A stretch of DNA of 52,254 nucleotides from an uncultured Candidatus Saccharibacteria bacterium. Lineage in GTDB: Bacteria; Patescibacteriota; Doudnabacteria; UBA920. The stretch is taken from positions 52,022-104,275 of the forward strand of contig CAYVNU010000001.1 in NCBI GenBank assembly GCA_964453265.1, read 5' to 3'. The first letter of the stretch is position 1; each line of letters starts with the position of its first letter. Position numbers and translations under genes: made by a program. Positions 7,287 to 15,700 of the stretch are shown here, piece after piece. The notes under the pieces are model-generated. The model had not been told where the DNA came from. It did not search any database and saw nothing but the letters and a program-made list of their open reading frames with translations.

Positions 7287-8261
7287 ATGGATAGAAATTT
7301 AGCTTTAGAATTTGTTAGGGTTACCGAGGCGGCGGCTATTGCTGCTGCTAAATGGGTGGGGAAGGGCGAGGGAAAAAAGGCAGATGGCGCTGCGGTAGAC
7401 GAAATGCGTGACAGGTTTAACCAAATAGACTTTGCCGGCACGGTAGTTATTGGCGAAGGCAGCAAAGACGAAGCCCCGGAACTTTATAATGGGGAAAAAG
7501 TAGGAAAATACAACCTCTCCCTTAATCCCTCCCCTCAGAAGGGGAGGGAAACTGTGCACTTAGATTTGGCTATAGACCCGCTAGAATGCACAGACAGCGT
7601 TGCATATGGGCGTTACAATGCCATTTCTGTTATTGCAGCTGGAGCCAAAGGCTCTTTACTTAATGCGCCAGACACCTATATGGAAAAGTTGGCGGCTGGG
7701 CCAAAGGCGGCTAAGGTTATAAAAATGGGTTTACCGGTTAAAACTAATATTGAAAGAGTGGCAAAGGCACTTGGTAAAAAGGTCAGGGACGTAACTGTGG
7801 TAGTAATGGAACGCGAACGCCATAAAGATTTAATTGCTCAAATTAGAAAAGCCGGGGCTCGCGTGCGCCTAATAACCGACGGTGATGTTGCGGCAGGTAT
7901 TGCGCCGTGTCTTCCGGAATCTGGAATAGATCTTTTAATGGGGATAGGTGCTTCGGCCGAGTCTGTTTTAGCCGGAGTAGCAGTTAAAATTTTAGGCGGC
8001 CAGCTTTACGCCCGCTTTAACCCGCTTAAAGATTCGCATAGGGAGCTTTTAAAAAAAGCAGGTCTTAACGACAAAAAAGTTTATGGCGTGGAAGAGTTGT
8101 GTAAAGGCAAAATTCTTACTTTCACCGCAACTGGCATAATAGATGGTCCATTATTACAAGGGGTTCGTTACGTTGAAAATACAATAATTACCCATTCGGT
8201 AGTAATTAGGGGACAGAGTGGAACTATACGCTATATTACTACGCATCATAAGGAAAAATAA
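7287..8261 (+). CDS. glpX: class II fructose-1,6-bisphosphatase (GlpX type)
   Basis: LALEFVRVTEAAAIAAAKWVGKGEGKKADGAAVDEMR, DLAIDPLECT and TDGDVAAGI are GlpX hallmarks. Confidence 0.9.
   Translation: MDRNLALEFVRVTEAAAIAAAKWVGKGEGKKADGAAVDEMRDRFNQIDFAGTVVIGEGSKDEAPELYNGEKVGKYNLSLNPSPQKGRETVHLDLAIDPLECTDSVAYGRYNAISVIAAGAKGSLLNAPDTYMEKLAAGPKAAKVIKMGLPVKTNIERVAKALGKKVRDVTVVVMERERHKDLIAQIRKAGARVRLITDGDVAAGIAPCLPESGIDLLMGIGASAESVLAGVAVKILGGQLYARFNPLKDSHRELLKKAGLNDKKVYGVEELCKGKILTFTATGIIDGPLLQGVRYVENTIITHSVVIRGQSGTIRYITTHHKEK
7511..7553. repeat. GC-rich hairpin repeat inside glpX
   Basis: 10-bp stem tccctcccct-caga-aggggaggga at 7526-7549. 7512-7537 matches the reverse complement of 4225-4250 at 25/26. 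It inserts about 15 aa (YNLSLNPSPQKGRET) before the conserved DxxxDPLE motif. Confidence 0.7.
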
Positions 8262-8264
8262 TTA

Positions 8265-8699
8265 ATGTCTGAATCACCTAAATATGAAGAATATGTTGCC
8301 GCCGGATTGACACCCAGTTTTCATGACGATGGATCTGGCGAAGGAGTTGATAGGCTTTCTGGGTTAATTGCGAATAACAATACGCCTGGTATTCTTAAAT
8401 TTGTCACTGGTGAAAGGAGTCAATATAAGAGGCTTGATAACGAGCCAAGCTCTGAAGAGATTTTGGCAATTTATAATTTAGCTGTAGGTAAAAAAATTGA
8501 GCCAATAATAAAAAGTTTAATGGAAAATAACAATAGTCCTTTATTGTTTAAAAATTATCCACATATCTCAGGAAATGATGGCTTGGCGGTTGTTAATGGT
8601 TTTTTTACACACAATAAGCTTATGTACCGTTTGGGAGCAACAGAAAGAAATCGCCCAGGAAAACGATCTGAATCTTTTAAATTGTATTGCATTGGTTAA
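8265..8699 (+). CDS. hypothetical protein (ORFan)
   Basis: 144-aa ORF between glpX and fba. No recognisable family. Confidence 0.4.
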   Translation: MSESPKYEEYVAAGLTPSFHDDGSGEGVDRLSGLIANNNTPGILKFVTGERSQYKRLDNEPSSEEILAIYNLAVGKKIEPIIKSLMENNNSPLLFKNYPHISGNDGLAVVNGFFTHNKLMYRLGATERNRPGKRSESFKLYCIG

Positions 8700-8721
8700 A
8701 TCATTAAATGAATTTTTTTGT

Positions 8722-9774
8722 ATGAACAAAGATGAACTTTCAAAAATAGCAAAACAAATGGTAGCGGAGGGGAAGGGGATTTTGGCTGCGGACGAGAGTA
8801 TGAATACTGTAGGCAAAAGGTTTTCATCCATTAACTTAGAAAATACCGAAGACAATCGTAGAGCTTTTAGAGAAATGCTTTTAACCGCGCCTGGGGAAGG
8901 GGAGTATGTTAGCGGAGTAATACTTTTTGACGAAACCATTAAACAGAAGACATCTAGTGGTAAAAGTTTTGTAGAAGTTTTAAACAGTGAAGGTATATTG
9001 CCGGGTATAAAAGTTGACCAAGGTTTAGCTGATTTTAATGGATCATCAATAGAGAAAGTTACTAAAGGTTTAGATGGTTTAGCATCACGTTTACAGGAAT
9101 ATGTTTCATTGGGGGCCAAATTTTGCAAATGGCGAAGTGTTATTACTATTGGTGACGGTGCTCCAACAGATGCCAATATCCGTCAGAATGCAAAGGATTT
9201 AGCGGCTTATGCGCTAGAGTGCCAAAAGGTAGGGCTTGTGCCTATGGTTGAGCCGGAAGTTTTGCTGGAAGGTTCACACAGTATAGAGCAGGCAGAAGAA
9301 GCGAGTACTAAAATTTTGAAAGCTTTGTTTGAAGAATTAGAAAATGCAGGAGTAATACTAGAAGGATTAATACTAAAAACTAGTATGGTTTTGCCGGGTA
9401 AAAATTTAGGTAAAAAAGCAGCACCGAGTGAAATAGCTAAAGCAACTTTAGAAGTTTTTAATCAAGTTTTGCCTAAAAATTTACCTGGTGTGGTATTTTT
9501 GTCAGGCGGGCAAGGGGATATAGAAGCAACGGAAAACCTAGACGCTATTAACAAACTGGGCAAGCAGCCGTGGCCTTTAACTTTTTCTTATGCTCGTGCG
9601 CTGCAAGATGCGGCAACAAAAACCTGGGCCGGCAAACAAGAGAATATGGAAAAAGCCCAAAAAACTTTTATGCATAGGGCTAAAATGAACTCTTTGGCAT
9701 CACAAGGCAAATATTCGTCCGATATGGAAGCAGGTTTTGAAGTATCGACAGGCGGGACAGCGACACAAGACTAA
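8722..9774 (+). CDS. fba: class I fructose-bisphosphate aldolase
   Basis: MNKDELSKIAKQMVAEGKGILAADES..., LEGLILKTSMV and VVFLSGGQ are class I aldolase motifs. The start was moved to ATG 8722, because the track start at 8575 overlaps the upstream ORF and adds non-homologous sequence. Confidence 0.88.
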   Translation: MNKDELSKIAKQMVAEGKGILAADESMNTVGKRFSSINLENTEDNRRAFREMLLTAPGEGEYVSGVILFDETIKQKTSSGKSFVEVLNSEGILPGIKVDQGLADFNGSSIEKVTKGLDGLASRLQEYVSLGAKFCKWRSVITIGDGAPTDANIRQNAKDLAAYALECQKVGLVPMVEPEVLLEGSHSIEQAEEASTKILKALFEELENAGVILEGLILKTSMVLPGKNLGKKAAPSEIAKATLEVFNQVLPKNLPGVVFLSGGQGDIEATENLDAINKLGKQPWPLTFSYARALQDAATKTWAGKQENMEKAQKTFMHRAKMNSLASQGKYSSDMEAGFEVSTGGTATQD

Positions 9775-9823
9775 ATTAATTGACCAAAATTAAATAAAAT
9801 TGAACAAAAATTAATAAAAAAAC

Positions 9824-10588
9824 ATGTTTGGAAAAATAAAACCACCACAACACAATCATCCGGACGACGTAGTATGTTTTACCTCTCAAGGTAGAGAAAT
9901 ATGTATTCCAGCAGACCAGCTTGAGCATATTTTTAAAAAAGGCAACACGCGAGAGGTTTCAAGTTGGACAATTATGAAAATATTGTCTGAGTTTATTGCG
10001 GGTTTTGATTTTTTAAAAAAGTTTAAAAAATCTGTTTCTATAATGGGCAGCGCGCGCGTGGGTTTAAAAAATGGAGTTTATAAGGACGCGGAAGATTTAG
10101 CCTTTAAGCTTTCTAAATCTGGTTTTACAATTATTACAGGCGGGGGACCGGGGATTATGGAAGCGGGTAACAAGGGTGCGTTTCAAGCGGGCGGTAGAAG
10201 CGTAGGTATAAATATAAAACTTCCGTTTGAGCAACGAACAAACCAATACGTAAAAGAATACGAAAGTTTTTCCTTCTTTTTTACTCGAAAAGTAATGCTG
10301 GAAACCGCTTCCTCTATATACATATTCTTTCCAGGAGGTTTTGGTACGCTAGACGAACTGTTTGAAATGGTTACACTTATTCAAACTAGGAAAATTCGTC
10401 CCGTCCCAGTTATTTTAATTAACAAAGAATTTTGGACCCCGCTGCTTAAGTGGATAGAAGAGTATGTTTATAAGCAAAATAATGCCATAAACAAAGAAGA
10501 TATGAATATTTACCATTTGGTAGACAATGCCGAAGAAGCGTTTGAAGTTATTAAAGAACTTTCAAAAAATAAGCACCTTTTTAATTAG
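9824..10588 (+). CDS. LOG family / TIGR00730 Rossmann-fold nucleotide-binding protein
   Basis: SIMGSARV..., [16 protein letters not shown] and [12 protein letters not shown] are signatures of the LOG/lysine-decarboxylase-like family. Confidence 0.8.
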   Translation: MFGKIKPPQHNHPDDVVCFTSQGREICIPADQLEHIFKKGNTREVSSWTIMKILSEFIAGFDFLKKFKKSVSIMGSARVGLKNGVYKDAEDLAFKLSKSGFTIITGGGPGIMEAGNKGAFQAGGRSVGINIKLPFEQRTNQYVKEYESFSFFFTRKVMLETASSIYIFFPGGFGTLDELFEMVTLIQTRKIRPVPVILINKEFWTPLLKWIEEYVYKQNNAINKEDMNIYHLVDNAEEAFEVIKELSKNKHLFN

Positions 10589-10600
10589 TTTTTCTGGCTT

Positions 10601-10628
10601 TACTAATTACTAATTTTTACAAATATAC
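10601..10628. repeat. left arm of a 28-bp inverted repeat bracketing the GxxExxY gene
   Basis: tactaattactaatttttacaaatatac matches the reverse complement of 11047-11074 at 25/28. It ends 2 nt before the GTG start. Confidence 0.75.
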
Positions 10629-10630
10629 GA

Positions 10631-11047
10631 GTGGATGAATCGCTAGATAAAAATTTAACTATAAGGAAACGTGAAGATTTGATTTACGCCGGGGAATGTT
10701 ATAAGATCGTTGGTATTTTGATGTCTGTTTTTAACGAACTAGGACATGGATATGAAGAAAAAACTTATCAGAAAGCCGTGGCAATTGCACTACAAAAGGC
10801 AGGTTGGAAATTTGTTGAACAGCTTTACAGTCCGGTTGTTTATGAAGGTAAAGTGATAGATAGAAATTTTTTCGATTTTTTGATAAACGATATAATAGTT
10901 TTGGAAATAAAGCGCGGTGACCATTTTTCCTCAGTTCATATTAAGCAAGTTTATGAGTATTTAAAGTCAAAAAAATTAAAATTAGGGATTTTGGCTTATT
11001 TTGCTCCTAGAGGCGTGCATTATAAGAGGATAGTGAATTTAAATTAG
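10631..11047 (+). CDS. GxxExxY family protein (PD-(D/E)XK-like fold family)
   Basis: YAGECYKIVGILMSVFNELGHGYEEKTYQKAVAIALQKAG carries the name-giving G..E..Y motif and family architecture. GTG start. Confidence 0.8.
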   Translation: MDESLDKNLTIRKREDLIYAGECYKIVGILMSVFNELGHGYEEKTYQKAVAIALQKAGWKFVEQLYSPVVYEGKVIDRNFFDFLINDIIVLEIKRGDHFSSVHIKQVYEYLKSKKLKLGILAYFAPRGVHYKRIVNLN

Positions 11048-11074
11048 TATATTTGTACTAATTAGTAGTTAGTA
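11047..11074. repeat. right arm of the 28-bp inverted repeat bracketing the GxxExxY gene
   Basis: gtatatttgtactaattagtagttagta overlaps the last base of the stop codon. Confidence 0.75.
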
Positions 11075-11095
11075 AATAAAATAAGTAATTATAAA

Positions 11096-11917
11096 ATGAC
11101 TAAATTTTTTTTAGACAGCGGAGATCCGAACGAGACCAAACAAGCTTTGGAAGTTTTAGGCTTTTTAGATGGTCAAACAACTAATCCTTCACTTATAGCT
11201 AAAAATCCTGAAACAGCCGGGAAAAAGTTTTCTTCCCAGGAACTCTCGGAATTTTATAAAAAAGTCGTACAGGAAGTTTCCGGTTTAATCCCTAAAGGCA
11301 GCGTGTCTATTGAAGTTTATGCAGACAGTAAAACATTAGCAGAAGAAATGTTAAAACAGGCTAGAGAATTTAATACTTGGATACCCAACGCTCATATTAA
11401 ATATCCAACTACAGTGGAAGGGTTAAAAGCTGCGGAAATAAGTATAAAAGAGGGAATGCGCGTAAATATGACTTTGGTTTTTTCACAAGAGCAGGCCGCT
11501 GCTGTTTATGCTGCAACCAAAGGCGCAAAAAAAGGCGATGTATTTTTATCGCCGTTTATTGGTAGGCTTGAAGACAGGGGAGAGAAGGGTTTAGATTTAA
11601 TAAAAAATATTTTAGAAATGTATAAGCAGGGTGACGGCCATGTTGAGGTTTTGTCTGCAAGTCTTAGAAATTTAACCCATGTTAAGCAATGCTTGGATTT
11701 AGGCAGTCATGTTATAACCGCTCCGCTAAGTGTCTTAAAACAATGGAAGGAAAATTCAAATGCAAAAATCGAACCACAAACAATGAATTTAACGCCTATA
11801 ACTTATAAAAGTATTGATTTAAATAAACATTGGAAGGAATACAATTTGTACCATGATTTGACTGATAAAGGCATTGAAAAGTTTGCTAGCGATTGGAATA
11901 ATTTAATAGTTAGTTAA
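11096..11917 (+). CDS. tal: transaldolase (short/Fsa-related family)
   Basis: FFLDSGDPNETKQALEVLGFLDGQTTNPSL, KYPTT.EGLKA and SPFIGRLED are transaldolase motifs. Confidence 0.88.
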   Translation: MTKFFLDSGDPNETKQALEVLGFLDGQTTNPSLIAKNPETAGKKFSSQELSEFYKKVVQEVSGLIPKGSVSIEVYADSKTLAEEMLKQAREFNTWIPNAHIKYPTTVEGLKAAEISIKEGMRVNMTLVFSQEQAAAVYAATKGAKKGDVFLSPFIGRLEDRGEKGLDLIKNILEMYKQGDGHVEVLSASLRNLTHVKQCLDLGSHVITAPLSVLKQWKENSNAKIEPQTMNLTPITYKSIDLNKHWKEYNLYHDLTDKGIEKFASDWNNLIVS

Positions 11918-11968
11918 GGGCATTGCCCTATATTTAATTTAATGATAGACTTGTTAAAGTCTTAAATA

Positions 11969-12042
11969 CGGGCTGTCGTATACCGGTAGTACGTCTGCTT
12001 TGGGAGCAGATAGACTGGGTTCAATTCCCAGCAGCCCGACCA
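11969..12042 (+). tRNA. tRNA-Pro (anticodon UGG), CCA encoded
   Basis: Acceptor CGGGCTG/CAGCCCG. Anticodon stem TCTGC/GCAGA with loop TTTGGGA (TGG followed by G37). T-arm CTGGG-TTCAATT-CCCAG. Discriminator A plus CCA. Confidence 0.85.
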
Positions 12043-12128
12043 AAAAATATAGTAAAGTCTTGTCCTTTTATTTCAGTCATAATTTAGGAATCTGTATTTT
12101 CAGAGCTGATTTTGAACAGAGAGTGTAA

Positions 12129-12157
12129 TTGACAAAATATATAATATATTTTATAAT
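12129..12157 (+). promoter_or_regulatory. perfect sigma70-type consensus promoter (TTGACA-17-TATAAT) within a very AT-rich tract
   Basis: TTGACA at 12129-12134, a 17-nt spacer, and TATAAT at 12152-12157. Confidence 0.5.
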
Positions 12158-12183
12158 ACAGAAGTAAAAGTGGTTTTTCTAGA

Positions 12184-12244
12184 TTATCCACAGATGTTAA
12201 TTTATCCACAAAATATTTAGTTTGAAAGTCAGGGGATATCCACA
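12184..12244 (+). promoter_or_regulatory. cluster of three co-oriented DnaA boxes
   Basis: TTATCCACA at 12184-12192 and 12202-12210 (both perfect consensus). ATATCCACA at 12236-12244 (8/9). Confidence 0.6.
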
Positions 12245-12736
12245 AGCATTTTTTACCTTAAATAAGGTATAAATTGTGAATATTCCCTGGCTTTTTGTAT
12301 TTTAATACATTACAGTCAGCGACTATAAATTCTTGTAACATATAAGAGTTATAGCCGTCTAACAACATACGCTTCAATAAAACAGCATATTTGGGTAGGT
12401 ATTTTCTTATTAAATGATTGTCATGTGCTTGCTGTTATTATAAAGCGCTTAACCTTAATTATTGAGCCTATTTTAGGCCAGCTTTCTTTAGGCTAAAATT
12501 GCACTAAATTAACCTGTTGGGGAATTTGTGAAATTTTAGACCTATGGTCGATAAGTCAGCGTTAAAGTTTAAAACTGGTTTCAATAATCATCCATTTTTA
12601 AAATGTGGCTAAGTGATCTCTAGAGCTCTTAGTAAACACTTTAAAACCGGGATGTAAAATTAATTAAAAATTTAAGCACAAGATTGATTGTCTCAATTGA
12701 ATAATCAATAGGCTTAAATGGAGTAAAATTTAACAA

Positions 12737-15700
12737 ATGCAAAATTCTGTCGCAAAGAAACTCTTTGCTGTAGGATCCGCGGTTGCAATGACCATGTCCT
12801 TGGCAGCTCCGTTGGTAGCACAAGCTGCTGCCCACACTGCCGGTACTAACGTTATTTCTTCAGACGGTACTGTTTGGATGATTACATCTAACAATACTCG
12901 CCGCGCCTACACTTCCGGCGGCGCTTTCTTGTCTTACGGTTTCAACTCGTTTGCAAACGTACAGACTGCTAACGCCGACGACTTAGCCTTGCCAGTTGAT
13001 GGCTTAGGCTTTATACCTCCTCAGGATGGTTCAATTATTTGTTCCGACAGAGGATCTGACAAAGGTACTTGCTACTTTATTACCAATGGTAAAAAAGCTG
13101 GCTTCGTATCTCAACAGGTTTTCACTGGTTTAGGCTTTAGTTTTACTAACGCTATGAACGGTGATGTTTCTTTCTTGGCATCTGATGCCAATATTGAAAA
13201 TACTACCGCCGCTTTAAAGACCGGCGCTATTACCTTCTTTACTTACAACGGTAATAAAACCTACTTCTTGGTAGGAGCTTCTAGTTTGTTAGGTATTCCT
13301 AGCAACGAAGTCTTTAACTCTTGGGGATATTCCTTCAAGAAAGCAGTACCAGCTAACGCTGCAACTCAGGCTTGGCCTGTTGCTGGCGTAATGGTTGCTC
13401 GCCAACTTGGACAATTGTCTCCTTCCTGGACTTCTACCCCTGGCAACCCGGCACCAGTGCCTGGAACTGTTAGTGTTAGCACAGCTCCTGGTTTAGCTCC
13501 TTCCGCCACTGTACCTAAGAGCGCAACTAACGTTCCGTTCTTAAAGTTTATGATTAGCAACAATGGCAGCAGCGCTGCTACTGTTGATCAGATAACTGTA
13601 CACAGAAGCGGAAGCGGTGCTACAACCGACTTCTCTAACGTTTACGTATACCAGGGTAACATGAGATTAACAACCGGTAGAACCATTAACAGCTCTACAA
13701 ATGATGCTGTATTCTCCGGTCTTAGCCTCAACATCCCTGCTATGTCTAGCGTTACCTTAGATGTATTAGGCAGCATTGCTTCCACTGCTTCAGCTGGAAA
13801 CGTACATGCTTTGTCTATTACTTCAGTTATGCTTGGTTCAACCCAGGCCACCGGCACTGCTATGGGCAATTACATGACCTTAGCTGGCGTAACCGGCGGT
13901 ACAGTTACCGTTACTAAGAACGGTACCATGGCTAACCCAAAAGTTGGTCAAACCAACGTAAGGGTTGCTGCTTTCCAATTAGCCGCTTCTTCTTCTGAAG
14001 ATTTGGTTGTAAAGCGCATTACTGTTTACCAGGCTGGTTCTACAGCCCGCGGTAACTTGTCTAACTTCAAATTAACTCAAGCTGGCAACACTCTTGCCAC
14101 TGTCGCTTCCTTAGACAACAAAGATCACGCCAACTTTGACGTAAACTTTGCTTTAGCTAAAGGCGATACAAAAGTATTTGAAGTTTGGGCCGATGTTTCT
14201 GGTTCTGCCAGAGCTGGTTCTACCGAAACTGTTAAGTTTTATATAGAAGAAACTGCCGACATCTACGCAGTTGGCCAGACCTATGGTTTTGGTTCAGCTG
14301 TTGATACCGGTACTTCTGGAACTTACGACGGTACTTCCTGTACTTCCTCCTCCGGCAATTGTTCTTACAGCTACATTGAAGGCGGTCAATTGACCATGAC
14401 CTTTAATGGTCCTGCTGCTAAAGACATTGCTAAGAATGGGAAAGCTGTTGAATTATTCAACTTTACTGTAGCTGCCCAAAATTCTTTGGAAATGCGCGGT
14501 ATTAAGTTTACCTTCAACAACGGTGGTAGCGGAACTGCAAACTTTAACGATGCAACAACTCCTAACTACACCAACATCAAGATTGTAGACACCACTACCG
14601 GTCAGGTAGTTTGGGGTCCTCAAGACTTATCCGGCACTGGTAGCGCAACCTCTCAGGACGTTACCTTTACCGAATACGTAAACTTTGCAGCAGGTACTTC
14701 CAAAACTTACAAAATGGTTGCTGACGTTGCTAACAACTCTGATGTTGCTGCCAACGACAAAATCGGTGTAACTATGGTTACCAGCTACTTAACTTCCAGC
14801 AAAGTTAAGAACATTGACAACAACACCTTCTTGTCTTCAACTGACATTGTTCCAACCTCTAGCTTGGTTGGTAACCAAATGACTGTTAAGACTGCTACTT
14901 TGGCCGTTGCTTTGTCTTCTACTCCGACTTCCAAGTCCTACGTAAAAGGCACTAGCATGGTTGATGCAGCCGGTATTGTGTTTACCGCTTCCACTGCAAA
15001 AGATGTAAAAGTTACCGACCTTACCTTAACTGGTATGATTGCTACTTCTACTTCCAGCACTTTGGCTGATGGTGTACAATCCAGCGTCAATGTATCTGAC
15101 GATATAGTAACTGTCGCTCTTTATGACGGCGCTACTCAAATCGGCCAGACAAAGTCTCCGGCTGTTACCACAGGTACAGTTACATTCAATAGCTTGAATT
15201 GGACTATTCCTGCCGGTTCCTCCAAGACTTTAACTGTTAAGATGAGCATCAGCTCTGCTGCTACTTCATCTGACAAAATTAAGTGGAAAGTAGCCGCTGG
15301 CGGCGTTACTGCTGTTGATATGGAAGGTAACTCAGTAGTTGATGCTACTGGTCTTACAACCACCATCCCAGCATCTGCTGTTAACGGTTCTACTTCTACT
15401 TCTTCCGGTACAACCATCACCATTTCCGGTGCTGGTACTGTTTCTGTAGCCACTTCTGGCAACAACGAACAGGATGTAACTGACGCTCGTGTCGTTACTG
15501 CCGGTGCTATGGGCGTTACTATGGGCAAAGTTAACTTTACTGCTTCTAACGAAGACTTAAAGTTAAACAAAGTCCGTATTAATGTTCAATCCGCAAGCTC
15601 CAGCGGTACTGGTTCAAATATCGGTGACGAAATTAACGCCTTGTACTTGTACGATGGCGCTACTAAAGTTGCCGGTCCAGTCAGCTTAACTCCTTCCGGT

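Noticed and set aside
8575-8721. N-terminal extension of the aldolase ORF given in the track (start at 8575)
   Set aside because: The extension overlaps the upstream ORF (8265-8699) and encodes non-homologous, Cys/Trp-containing sequence. The conserved class I aldolase N-terminus begins at ATG 8722.
11918-11968. Small hairpins after tal (agggca/tgccct; agactt-gtta-aagtct) as terminators
   Set aside because: The stems are short and lack a convincing T-run, so they are not annotated.
12129-12244. Calling the DnaA-box cluster the chromosomal origin (oriC)
   Set aside because: It is kept only as a hypothesis in the findings. Genes on both sides are co-oriented, there is no dnaA/dnaN, and I could not compute GC skew.
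12043-12736. tRNA-Pro-adjacent genomic island or integration site
   Set aside because: tRNA 3' ends are common integration targets and the following region is accessory-like. However, I found no integrase and no direct repeat of the tRNA 3' end in the window, so this is not claimed.
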